Assembly (NCBI GenBank): GCA_046563655.1
Contig: CM102284.1
Coordinates: forward strand, 3,286,001 to 3,350,000
Direction: 5' to 3'
DNA from: Yuukianura sp. NJ FZ-2021
Lineage: Eukaryota
DNA: 64,000 nt
The notes beneath the pieces were generated by a model. It had not been told where the DNA came from, searched no databases, and was given only the letters and a program-made list of their open reading frames with translations. The position numbers and the translations under genes are program-made. This document shows, in pieces, positions 11,683 to 25,316 of this stretch (position 1 is the first letter of the stretch; every line of letters starts with the position of its first letter).

Positions 11683-11930
11683 ACTTACTAACTTATTGTC
11701 CCCCACTTTTTGTCAACAAGGAAATATCAGTGGCTTTAGGTTCCTATTAGGAAATACATTAATTAACTATTTAAACCGATTTTGCTTAATTGATTCGGCT
11801 ATTAGAACTTATTTTAGCATGATTTGCGGTTGTTTTTGATTTCTTTTCGATCTTTTTTATCAAAATGCATACCCCGCGGGCAAAGCTCTGCCCCTTTGGA
11901 TGTCTTCCATTTCTTGCACCGGATATCCGG

Positions 11931-12198
11931 TTGGATTATACTCATCTTAGAAAACAGAAAAATTTCGAGAGGGTCAATGACATCTCCAGACAACCGAAAA
12001 AATGACTTCAGCAAGTTGTTGGGCTTGATGAAGGGATCATTTTTGTCCTCTGACATACGACCGTGTCCTTCCGTTGAGGTTATAGGTCAATTGGAAAGTT
12101 AGTTCGGTCATTTTTTCATTCATTTTTTCGGAGTCTGGAGATGTCATTGACCCATCTCCTCGAAATTTTTAACATGTACCCACATGGGTATAATCCAA
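11931..12198. mobile_element. MITE-like element with ~75-95 bp imperfect TIRs
   Basis: TTGGATTATAC..AAAAATTTCGAG..GGGTCAATGACATCTCCAGAC..CCGAAAAAATGA is mirrored by TCATTTTTTCGG.AGTCTGGAGATGTCATTGACCC..CTCGAAATTTTT..GTATAATCCAA. Confidence 0.75.
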
Positions 12199-13079
12199 TC
12201 CAACCCATTACAGCACAGCATGTTAGTGGAGAAAGTGATGCACTTCTTAAGTTTTCTCTTTGCAGAGGGAGGGAATTGGAATTTTGGCTCCAACTTAAAA
12301 TGCTTTAGATAAGGAAAGGGAACGGGGGGATTCCAGCAGTGCCTTATTTAGACTATAACTAGAGCCGTAGACGCAACAGGGAGGTCACCATACCTTTATT
12401 ACCCTTCCACCCGCCGGTCATATTCTCTGACGTTGAAGAGGATCCCACCCAATCCGATCTCCCGTACTCCCGGTTAGCCCTCGTCAGCCTCAGTGGGTCC
12501 GAATTATCCGAAAACGCATCTCCGAACATCCAAGACGAAGACCATCTCCATTCACTTCAGCATCTCGTCTTCTCGTCAAAAACAACCGCGGCACCCGCCT
12601 TCCCATCATCATCCTATCCACCCGGCAGCGGCACGCATCAAGATCAAACACCAAGAGAGACGGACGAAAGAAAGGAACGAACAGCGACGGAGGGAGCAAC
12701 GGAAACGTGACGACGGCTTTGTCGTCCTATTCCTCGCCCTTTATTGTTAGAGGCTAAGCTGACTAGAAGACAGGAGAGAGAGAGACAGAGAGCACTGACT
12801 GAATCCAGTGACCCTTGAGTGATAATCCATCCTCTGACTGTTACATTGAAGTCATCCAAACGAGGTAAAGCTTAAGTAAGTAACCTTGACTCTTTTGGAG
12901 GCGCTGACACCCATTCTGGACTTATGTTTAATAACGGTTTTACTTTTTGTTCAAAGATTCAGCTAAGTTTTCGGAAGGAGATCCAGTCCAGTTCCTAGAC
13001 TATACAACTACGAGAAGATTACCTGTATTAGAGTGGATGTTTGTTTAATACCGGGGATTGAGGCAGAATTCAATTCAAA

Positions 13080-14879
13080 ATGATGAACCGATTCGAACAC
13101 CTTGAGAAAATTGGGGAGGGCACTTACGGAGTCGTCTACAAAGCCAAAGATATGCATCATTCTAATCGAATCGTTGCTCTGAAGAAGATTCGTCTGGAGT
13201 CGTAAGTTTTGTAAACTAGCTGTACCTTGTTACAATTACAAGTCAAGGGAGGAACTACTATAATAATTTGGCGTTTGTCAAACTTTGTGCGGCATTATCT
13301 GGACAAGACAGTACTACTTCAATTTATTCAAACGAGTGACCACTGACCTATGCACACTTACATTTAAGTGGGTAGGGAGCCGTCTCTGTGAATGTAGTGA
13401 TTCCAATTCTATATCACAGCCCCGGTTACCCTATCTACTTAGATTGGAAAACATCGAGGAGATTCAAAGTGGTTGATTTCAGGGTAACCTTTATCGTGTT
13501 GTGTGGTATTTGATAGTGAACTATTTGTATTTAAGGCATGTCGGTAGTGCTGCTGCTAAACAGTTAGGACGTAGAAGGTAATGAATCCCACTGATCTGCC
13601 TTTTCCGTTTGTTCCAGGGAGGCCGAAGGAATTCCAAGCACTGCCGTGAGAGAGATATCTCTTTTGCGTGAACTGGATCATCCAAATATTGTAAAGATGC
13701 TGGATGTGATTCACTCAGACAAAAAACTGTACATGGTGTTCGAGTACATGGAGATGGACCTAAAGAAGTAATTTTGGGCCATCTTGATGATGATGATGAT
13801 GACCTCGGAATTAGAATGATTAGACTTTGATTCTCATTCGATAGGTACATCGACACCCAGCAGACTCATGGACTAGCCATTCCTCAAATCAAGTCATACG
13901 TAAGCCTTTCTGCAGAAGCAGAACACACTTTGCTTTTTGGTTTAGTAATTGCTTCTGGTACCACTATCTAAATTCGTTTTGGTTTCCACGTTACAGCTGT
14001 ATCAAATTCTGAGAGCACTCATATATTGTCATACTCATCGAATATTGCATAGAGATTTAAAGGTATGTCATAAAGAAAGTCACACTGTCTTTGTCTTTTC
14101 CAACTTCTTAGCAAATCGGTTAAACATAACGTGTGTCATTTTTTATAGCCGCAAAATCTTCTCCTGGATTCCAAAGGAAACCTGAAACTTGCTGATTTTG
14201 GTCTTGCCAGAACCTTCTCTATACCCATGAGAGCCTATACTCACGAAGTTGTGACACTTTGGTACAGAGCTCCAGAAGTCCTGCTGGGAACAAAGTATTA
14301 CACGACCACAGTCGACCTCTGGAGTGTTGGCTGCATATTGTCAGAAATGGTAACTTCATTACCAGTATAATGTTACGAAATGAAAACTCACGATTTAGGT
14401 TATGACCTACGACCATGACCATCGGTCACATGGACATGATGAGTTCGGGCGTCTGATAATAAGTTTTATTTTTTGTAACTTGCAGCTCACGAGCAAGCCT
14501 CTTTTTCCTGGCGACTCAGAGATTGACCAGTTGTTTCGAATTTTCCGCACTCTTGGAACTCCGGACAACAGTATCTGGCCAGGGGTGTGTCAACTTCCAG
14601 ATTTCAAGGCTTGTTTCCCTCGGTGGGCTCCACAGAACCTTCGCATATTATTTCCAATCCTTGGAGTTTATCCGGATGCTTTTGATCTTCTGAAGGTATG
14701 TCTCTAAAACGGTTGAATTGGATAAGGTACATGTTTCAGATTACGTACTTTGTACATCACTTGATTTCATTTTGGTGTTTAACTTTCAGTGCCTCCTCAC
14801 CTACAACCCGTCAACAAGAATTCCATCAACGGAAGCTTTAAAACATCGATTCCTGGCCGACGTGAAGTTTCATACGTAA
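13080..14879 (+). CDS. CDK2: Cyclin-dependent kinase 2 (cdc2c-like), 7 coding exons
   Basis: Motifs include [76 protein letters not shown] and [21 protein letters not shown]. The [13 protein letters not shown] segment is CDK2-like. Confidence 0.92.
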
Positions 14880-15639
14880 ACGTTCCAATTTCATTCCTTT
14901 AGTCACATCCAAATGGGGTTTCAGAAAGTATTCAGTTAAGCCTTAATTTCTCTCTCATAGGATGTTTTTTTTAGATACTACACTTATTAGTTACAATTTT
15001 ACTGCTAGTTTTGCAGCGCTACAATAGGACAGGATCACAGGAAATTCAATTTCCTCACGTACTAATACTTTTTCAAGTGTAATTTTCTGTGATCCACTCA
15101 TCACACTTATTCAACACATTCAACTATTTTTTCAGATTATCAATTTCAACTTCCACGGAATTTAAATGGTAGCCTTGTAACTTTTTTCCTTGTGGAAGTA
15201 CTTTTGGCGCACAATTAACCTTTTGGGCTAGTTAAAGTAAATGACTGGATTCATTATACGCTATAACTACTACTACCTCGAATAAAATACAAACGACGGG
15301 ATTTTCAATATTCCTAAACTAACATGGTGGCCTTCAGCATCTCTTTTTATAACTAAATAGCGTGTAGATTCAGATTCCAGACGAAATGAAATCTCAAACC
15401 TAATAACTACGACTGTCATAGATTTTTCAGGAAAAGGGTGTTGCTACTATAGGAACAACACATTTTGTTCCAGGAAATTGTTTAGTGGATTCAGCAAGGG
15501 ACATTTAGCTCGCAGCCCACTGCTATGCTGCGGAGCAGTAGCTGAAATAAGGGCGCATCGCCTCGCTGGAAGACTAAAATCAGCAGTGCTGTCAGAATTG
15601 AAAGGGTTTTTTCTGGACGTTGGACATTGCAACTTCAAA

Positions 15640-17238
15640 ATGGACACTGCTTGTGTGGACGTTAACAACAATGAGAGTGGACGCGTATGCATTGAAATTC
15701 TTATGCGATATTAGTATTCACAGTTAATTTTGTAGTTTAATAAAAAATATTGCTTTTTTAGGTTGGTCTTAGGCTCGCCAGGGCTGAAATGGACCTAACT
15801 GCTGAGCTAAAGCGACTCAACATGAGCAATCGACCACCGACTCCAGGCGCTCCTTTGAAGCGATCTGGCAAGATCACCAATTTCACTTCCAAAATCAATT
15901 TTGATGAAATGGTCCTTGGAGGTTCGCAATTTAATGGAAAACACAATTACTAATTGATTATTGATAATTAACTGATGAATGGTACTGAATTTCTTATTTA
16001 ATAGTTGACTCTGCCACCGACGCCAATGGGAATACCGAACCACTTCTTGCGACGCTGACCTCCAAGCAACGAAGTCCGTCTTCCATTATGCAAAACCTAG
16101 AATCAATTCCACCGACAGCTTTCATTATGGCTTCTCATCACCATGCCAAGTCGAGGTCACGCACCAAATGGTCAACTGATTCCTACACCGAGAAATCAAT
16201 GCTTGATCCGGTTTTCCAACTGGTTCGGTCAGAAGGTCATACTCACAGCCACAGCAAAGGAACATTGAAGCCATACTGGGATAAAGATGTGGAGGGTATG
16301 CCTAGTTTGAGCGACAAGTCTAAGGGAGATGGCGCACCCCGCTCCTTACCAACTGCTGCAATTCCCGGAATGTCTGGCCTGGAAAGTCTGCGAACTACTA
16401 TAAAGGCAATCGGAGATTCATCCATGCGGACAGGGACGCTCAAAACAACAGAAACTCCCGGCGTAAGAGTCACCGCCACGGACCCAGAAGCCGCTGACGC
16501 GTCAACCCGGAATCAATCGGTGGATCAAGACTACGACAGCTACTACGGAAGCGTCGCCTTTAGCACTACTGACGAGGACAATACTTACATGAGTAAGAGC
16601 ATGGCGGATAATAGTTACGTGGCAACTAGTGACAATCCGGACGCGAAGGTCAGTCCTGTCGAGGAGAATGGTAATGAAAAGACATCTGAAAAGACATCCC
16701 CATCCGGCACTTCCAAGTCGAAGTCAGCCTCAAGTTCTTCTAATAGTGGATCCAAAACCGGTTCAGTAAGAACGCTTACTTCAATTCTTAATTTATTTTA
16801 CCTCTCATTACCTAATCTTGTTGTTTCGATTATGATTTTTAGAACAAAAGTTCCGGTTCTGGGTCAAGTGGAAGTGGAAGTGACAAAGGTTCGGGAAGTT
16901 CAACTGGAAGCTACTCCAAATCCCAGAAGTCGTCCAACGCCCCAGAGCAAGAGCAAGACGACGTCGTTGAAGTGGATCCTGACTGTGAAGGGAAGAAGGG
17001 TGCCATCATGTTCAAAGTCCCTGGACGACTCACGCATAAAACCACAATCAAGGTTTCGCATTTTCCACAGAATGGAACTGGATTCAACGTTGGGAACATG
17101 CAGGAACAAACTTTCTCAAATTGTCAACCAGGCGATCCAAGAAGTGCTGCGATGCAACAACAAATGATGGCTTACCAACAGTATTGTGGCAGAGGAATGT
17201 ATTGCATGCCTTACGGGTGCTATCCATACAGTTGCTAA
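15640..17238 (+). CDS. Uncharacterised Ser/Thr/Gly-rich, probably disordered protein; 4 exons (~15640-15684, 15761-15921, 16005-16765, 16843-17238)
   Basis: The long ORF 16088-16765 joins in phase to upstream exons (MDTACVDVNNNESGR|VGLRLARAEMDL..) and to a final exon ending YQQYCGRGMYCMPYGCYPYSC*. I recognised no domain. The start codon is uncertain. Confidence 0.6.
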
Positions 17239-17666
17239 AAAATATCCAGCAGTCGACTAAATTCAAAGTTAAAGTATACAGTTGCCTAAATTAAATTTTT
17301 CGTTTTAAACTGCATTCATATGCTTATGAGCTGGGGAAATCCAGGAACTTGGGCTGCTTTTCCCGTAACTTGGTTCCCACGGGGAAAGTAGGAAGTAGAA
17401 AATGAATTTAGTGAAAGGAAGACGGAAATCCGCCTGCTCTTCATCTTGGCTAAACTGAAGTTCTATTTTCTATTCAACACAGGAACAAAAAAACGGGTAG
17501 ACAGAAGGGCTTGGGGAAAGCGGAGAAAGGAGATTTAGAAAGGTATTTCTTGCGCAAATCAATATTTGTCAATTCCACTCTCCACTTTCCAGTTACTCAG
17601 TTTAAGCAGAACCAAGAAGTGGACCTATGAGGACTTCAAGTACACTTTTGTAAGCAACGAATCAGC

Positions 17667-19671
17667 ATGGACACAGGGGACACCTACAGGTCAGTGTTCA
17701 GGTCATTCCTAAATCATTAGTTCATGAAATCTTTTTAACTTTACTCTTTTTTTTGTAGATGCTGCCTCCCTGCGAAGTCCACAAAATCTGACCTTGGGAT
17801 CTGGTCAGTACTGAAAAGTTGCGTGGGGAAGGATCTGTCCAAGATTACGATGCCCATTCAGTTCAACGAACCACTGTCCTTTCTACAACGACTTGCGGAG
17901 TCACTGGAATACAGTCATCTCCTGGACATGGACACTTCAAGCGAAGTGGAGAGAATGGAGGTACTCAATCCAAACTCAACTTAATCAATTTTCACTGAAT
18001 AACACTAATTTGCAATTTTGAAATTCCAGATTGTTTCGGCTTTTGCAATTTCCAATCTTGCGAGCAACTGGAATCGTTTGGGCAAACCGTTCAACCCACT
18101 CCTAGGCGAAACTTACGAATTACAAAGAAATGGCATCAGGTATGTCCGTTTCCAAAACTTTTTTTTTGCTCAAATACGATTGAATTGAGAGCTGAACAAA
18201 GCGTTTGAGAGTGTAGTGGGGGCAAAGCTATCAAATCGCACATTATTCTGAATTGTTGCAGGTTCCTTTGTGAGCAAGTTTCTCATCATCCTCCGATCTC
18301 TGCTTTTCATGCAGAATCTGCAACGTTTGTCTTCCAAGGCTGGATATACCCGAAACTAAAGCTAGGAGCAAAGTCAATCGAAGTACATCCCAAGGGAAAT
18401 GTCCGTCTTTATCTAAAACGGTACTTATTATTCACCTCAGGAACTCAATTCGCTTGGAATTGCAAATTGAGTGTTGCACATTTTGAATTTTTAGTTACAA
18501 AGAGACATACACTTGGGGAAACGTCAACTGCTCAGTCCATAATGTGATCGTGGGTAAGTTATGGATTGAGCATCATGGACACATGAACATTCACTGCATC
18601 GAAAGCGGATTATCTCTCAACCTACATTTCAAAGCCGCTGGATGGTTCAACAGCCAACTACATCGCGTTGAGGGATTCATTCTGGACAGCAAGTAATGCG
18701 GCCATCTTAGATTTGACCTTTAGCATTTCTTTCTCCACATCATAAAATTCAGTATAATTTTTTTGAGATTCTAGAATAATTGTTTGTTTTTCTCATTTTA
18801 GTAAGCAAAAAGTCCGGTTTGTGTACGGTAAATGGACAGAGGCCCTGAAATCTACGGACATTGAGTCCTACGAGGAATTCGACAGTAGTAGCAGCGATCA
18901 CAAGGCGAAGTAAATTCTCACTACTAAATTATTCAGCGTTCAATTGAGTATGTAGCAATGATTTCTTTCACTTGTGTATGTATGTTTTAGGATGCTTGGA
19001 GAAAGTTCAAGTGAACCGAACTGCTCCCTGGGGAAAAAGTCTCCCAGTGTAAGTCCTAAACCAGGCAAAAAAATGTTCCAGAAACTCAACTCTTTATCGC
19101 TCCGTTCTTTCAGCACAAGCGCAGAGGTAAGGCTCAATTCCATTCTGGACAAACACATTTCAAAACTTTTTTTTTCAATTTGGAAATGTAGCCCAAAGAC
19201 GAACTTTCTCCGGAAGCCCAGGATGATCAACCGAGGTCAGAGGAGGAGATGATAGACATTCCAAATTCCAGGACTCTTTGGGAAGTGCGTGAACGGCCTG
19301 AATTTTCCGCAGACGTAAGTATTTTTACGTTTGAATCCAATTAACAATTCAAAAGTGACTGGAGTAACTCATGGATTTTTGATTTGCAGTACTATAATTT
19401 CACTTCCTTCACGATGACTCTGAATCAAATTCTTCCAAATATGGTTCTCTGCCCGACGGATTCCAGACTCCGGCCGGACATTCGGAAAATGGAGGAAGGC
19501 GATTTGGAAGGAGCTGGAAGCGAGAAGCAGCGATTGGAAGATCAGCAAAGGAAAGTACTCAAGAGCAAGGTGGAAATCAATCCGAGGTGGTTCGAGAAAC
19601 ACGGAGCCGACTGGACATTCACAGGGGACTACTGGAACTGTTCCAAATCCCATATCACGTCTATATTCTAA
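17667..19671 (+). CDS. Oxysterol-binding protein-related protein, short ORD-only form (ORP1/ORP2-like)
   Basis: Motifs include [44 protein letters not shown], the family signature [23 protein letters not shown] and [24 protein letters not shown]. Confidence 0.92.
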
Positions 19672-20152
19672 AACCTATACAAGATACAAATCAAAGGAAC
19701 TAAAGGTTGTTCTGGATATCGTCCGAGATTAAGAAGCTTCTGTTGTAGATTCGCCTACTGTTACCTACTTAGGAACATTAGACAATAGAACGGTGATATC
19801 AGTAACTTTAGTAGAAGCAAAAGCTAGAACTCCAGAATTGTAATTGTCTACGGTATAATTTACGCTAACCGCTTTTACACTGATGAGAGTAATACTTTAG
19901 AAAAACTTAGGACCCCACCAAACTATTTTTGTGCTCTACAACTGCTAGTATTACCCCGCACTGAAAGAAATCTGAAGAGATTCCGAAGGAATAAAAGTGG
20001 AAATGGCAAAACGTTGAATGGGTTCGTTAGGACTTGTGCTGCATTGATTTAAGATTCCAAAAACGTCCACATTTATTCCCACTCGAAGAACTGCAGGATT
20101 GGACACACAAGGTCATTGATATCCATAGGAATTTTAAGAAAAAGAGACTTGT

Positions 20153-20817
<665 letters not shown>

Positions 20818-22203
20818 GTCTTTAACACTGGAAACATAAAACAATTGAATTAACGTCAAATGGCATATCCGAAATCCGAAAACTGGGTGATTTTTATGAG
20901 ACAAGTTACAATCCGATGTAATCGCTTTAAACTATTCGTTTACCGTATAGGTCAGTCCCCTGTTTTCCTTACCTTTAGAATTGTTGTGGAACTGGACAGT
21001 TGTTTGTCGCTTGACCCTGCCTTGATTGATTGACCTGCTGTATCAGCTAAAGGCGCTCCTCGAACATGGGATAATGGGAAACAGAAAGACCGGAGCGAGA
21101 TGGTGCAGTGAGAGCAGCGCCGTGAAAACTCGTGGAACTAAAATTGGAGAGTGAGGAAGAGGTGCATCTGAATTGAAAGGACGAATGTACATAATGCAGG
21201 TTTTGCCTCCTCGTCCTCCTGCGTCTCTTATTTTCCCGTTGACTTGAGCTTTAATTAGCATCATTGTAATCGTACGGTGAAGACACACTGCGGGTACAAT
21301 GAGAGCTGTATTGAACATCGTATAGCGACCTATGTTGACGCTTGACGTTAAGGTCTTTAGATTAGTAAAACTTGACTTAATTTAGTCGCCACCACGCCGT
21401 AGCCATCTCTTTCTTGTAGCAACAAAAGATGACTTCAATCTTCAATGCTTTACGGTTCGATTTACGGACGTGAAAGCTTACGTCAACCAATATCCCGGCG
21501 TTTTTTTTTTTCGCAAAGCATTTTAGTGGTTTTGAACTTTATCAGTATCAATCAAATTATTAATTTGATATTAATTAGTATTTAATAGTCGATCCATATT
21601 ATATTATTTAGATCGACTTGGATTAGTCCAGCAGGTCAATCAATTGGATAGGTTCGAAATAAACCCCTGCCTGTTCTAAAGAATACCGCCGTCACAACTA
21701 CAGCATCGAAAAATGGTGGAATTTTATATCTGTTTAACTTCCAATTTTCTAAATTACAAATTAGTATTTAACACATTTTAATCTATAGTAAACTGAAAAC
21801 AGAAGAGAGCCAAATCAATTCTAAAATAATTCCCTAATTCATAATTTTTATATTCAACCAACATTAGCTAATAATTACTACTCGCTTTGTGCTAAATAGT
21901 AAATGAAAAGTACCAATAAGAACTCCCCAGGAAATACTGGGTTACCATAATTTTGAGAATTCAATCCAACTTAAGAATTAGTAATTAATATTGTGAGATT
22001 TAGTGAGAATATGTTCTCATCTGTCGTAAGAACGTACAAGTTAATGTAGAAAAACTGTGCTACAGGTGTACTGAATATCATGAAATCTTATTCCAAACAA
22101 CAAATCACACACAGAATTAAATTAACTTATTGGATTTTCGTTAGTCGCCTGACTGCACTGAGATTATTTGACATGGGGAATTTTAAAGTCAATTTTTGAG
22201 AGC

Positions 22204-25200
22204 TCAGCCTTGAAACAGTTTTCCCGTGAAGATAACTGCTAAGATGGCAATTAGACAGCTCCACATCACAAGTTCCGGACGAAATTCTTGTACGTTGACA
22301 CGAATGGTGTTGAGCGCTTTAGCGAGATTTGTGTTCCAGAGAGCCTTTGGTTGAACGTCGACGTCCAAATAGCCAAGTTTACGAACAAATTCCACAAGGG
22401 GCTCATGGTCAACTGAGAATGTCGGCATGTATTCTGTACCCTTGTCCCGCGACCACCAATTCTTCGGAGCACTGAAACGAGATTCATGTCGTATTAAGGT
22501 AAGCATTAGTTACAAAAGTGCTGTAATTTTCATGGGATTTGATTTCCCGAAAGGTTGTGACGAATTTACAGTTCCTTTTAAACTTACCTGGAGGCCTTTG
22601 TGTACGTGTAATGATAAAGATAAGCTCGAATGTATTTTGGTGGTTTTGATGGATTAGTCGCAACGTCCAGCAGTTGTTGTACACTCTTTTCCCCTAGAAT
22701 TAATTCATAGGTTTATTTTTGAATTTTTTAAATATTTTAACTTTGAAGAATGGACGCTCACCTTGAAGGAGACGATAGGCAAGAGACACTAGCCAGGGAT
22801 TCTCATGGTATGTACCAAGAGCAGCAAACCAAAGTTGCCAGTCCAATCGTGGTTGATGTGGAACTGAAAAATCGTAATTTATTTGGACTTTAACTCTCTA
22901 TATTAGAATCAGAATTGGTATAAGGTGGAATAGAACTCACGGACAAAAGTCGGCGCAGCAGAAAGTTGTCCTGGTTTGTACATAAAGTTATATTCATTCC
23001 ATGGTCCGTTCAAATTATTTGAGTACTCCAGTATCACTTCCGGGCGCCCCTTCTCAGTCCCCGTCATTCGTCGAAACAGTCCATAAGAAGAGCTGATATG
23101 AAAGTCGCTCAAGTTTCCGTGAAGTTGTTTGAGAGGTGCCCACAAAGCGCTGTTCGACTCCTACAGAAAAGTTTAGAACGCAAAAGAAACTTTTTTTAAA
23201 ACAATTTATCAATTATGTTACAAACAGTCCTATAGTTACCCTGTGAAGAGACGAAAAAGGCACAAGCGTCACACCAAGGACAGCAGCACACAAAGCTCCG
23301 TAGAAGAGAGAGGAGAGAACGGACGTGAACTTGCTCCAGCATCCCTTCACATCAACCAGAGAAATGACCAAGGATTGACACAGCGTTGAAGTAAAGGTCA
23401 AGACACCCAGGCCAAGGGCATACGGCATTATGAAGGCGATGAACCAGTCGAATTCTGCTCGGTTGAATCCTGTAAGAGATAAATGGTTATACAATAAGTT
23501 AAGGAAATGTATATATTTGGCAATTGAATGTTAATGTTCTGCTTGCTACTTTGGCTTCGGATTGAGATCTATGACGTACCAACTTTAGAATCGACGACGG
23601 TAAAATCATTGTTGAACTTCAATCCAAACTTGAGTGCCGTAAAGTACAGACTTGCCAGGATGAGAACCCAGGAGAAACTGCTGGCGAGAAGTTTCGACAA
23701 TGAGAACTTGGGTTGATCTTTGGCTGGCACTAAAATTGGATTCGCAAATATTTTCAACAATTCAAGTAAAATATGAGAAGCATTTTTTATCTGAAAAACT
23801 GAAAATGTGAAGCATTTTTCATACCAAAGAACTCGGCATCCAAGAGACCTACGCAGAGAACAATTGTTAGCAGGTTGAAGAAGTTGTAGTTTCCAGTAAG
23901 AATTATTGCCACTTGGAACAAGACCTAAAAACAACAAATCCTTGTTTCAATGAACTTCAAAACACAACCTCGGAAAGACTACTCAATCATTGGATACTTG
24001 CCTGTGTCCAGAATGCAAACCGCCGGATGAACTTAGATGGGGCAAAGAAAGCAAATGGCACAAGTATTTCCACATAATAGGTCCCAACGACGAGTAGACG
24101 CAGAATCCAATGTGGCAAGTGATGCATGAAGTAGGCCAAAGGCGTTGGGAGACACTGACTCTCAAAATGGTAGTTCAGAGCTGGATGAAAATAGAATTTC
24201 AGTTTAGTTCCTGATTTTGCATTTGCACAGAAGAAAATAGTAACACTTCATCAAACCTGTGAGACCCCACCATGTCGGACATCCACTCATGAGCTTGACA
24301 ACGCCGGACGAAAACATGAGTCGAAAGAGGAGCCACTTGACCATCCACATAGACGTGATATCCCTGGGTTTAGACGCACGAGACGATTTGATTGGGAACC
24401 ATGGAGCCGCCAAGATGCCCAAAATTCCAGTTTCCAGGAGCAGAATATCCCATTGAAACCTATACAGGCGATTCGTGATAAACACTCTTTTCGGTAGCGA
24501 ATATTAAAAGATTTCCGGTTCGAAGATTTCCAATTACTAATTGGGTCTTACCATAGAAATACCCCGCTGACTCGATAGATGGCAAAGTATAGACCCCATA
24601 AGAACATCATTACAGGAGCCACACAGCAGCTGACACACATCGACCTGAGAATTGAACCTGCATTTTAGCTGAGATTGACGTTACAGGAATTCTGAACGGC
24701 ATTGCCAACTTACAGTAATGCAGAAACGACAACTCCTGTCAGGGCAAAGAATTCCATCGTATGTTCAGAACTAAGGCCGAGTTCGGGTGCCACTACGCAA
24801 ATAATGCTTTTGGTATCCTTCAAGCATTCCAATGGTGTCCGGCTATTCAACTTTAAAGTGGCCTTTACAGGTGTAACGCCATTCGTACCGTATAGTCCTG
24901 TAATGTCATGTTTTTTTTTTTAAACACATCACTCATTCAAAGAACGCCTCTTACAGATTAGTTTTTCTTTACCTTCAATTTGTAGATAGATAGACAGAAA
25001 GGCGATAAAATAAACGATGGACAGTCCCCGGAGAAATAAATCCCGGACTTGGCCACCTCCAGGGTTCAGACTGGCACTTGCAGTTTTCACAGCAGCGGTT
25101 TTCTCTTGCTTCCGTTTTTCTTTTTCTAACACAAACGATGACGATTAATATTAAGGTGAATCAAATGCACTGGGAATACAAATAAGTTAAAGTTGAATGC

Positions 25201-25316
25201 AACTAAAACTCACCAGACCCATTCTGCTTCGATTTCTTCCCGGAACTCCCCTTGTTTTGCTGATGCTTCGCTTCTTCCTGCTGCACCGATTTCAGCGCTA
25301 CCTTCTTGCCCTTCAT
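22204..25316 (-). CDS. LMF2: Lipase maturation factor 2, multi-exon
   Basis: Motifs include [95 protein letters not shown] and [15 protein letters not shown]. The long C-terminus with a TM segment fits LMF2. Confidence 0.9.

Larger units (their letters stand above)
7525..11928. repeat. Pair of degenerate inverted repeats (~7525-7630 and ~11830-11928) bracketing the Zn-finger gene and the tandem array
   Basis: The left arm AAGAAATGGA..ATCCAAAGGGGCGGAGCTTGCCCTCGGGGT matches the reverse complement of the right arm ACCCCGCGGGCAAAGCTCTGCCCCTTTGGATGTCTTCCATTTCTT, with a few mismatches and indels. Confidence 0.65.

Noticed and set aside
12490-12865. GC/purine-rich ORFs upstream of CDK2
   Set aside because: Better explained as a CDK2 5' UTR exon (donor near 12865). 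The translations are low-complexity with no family signal.
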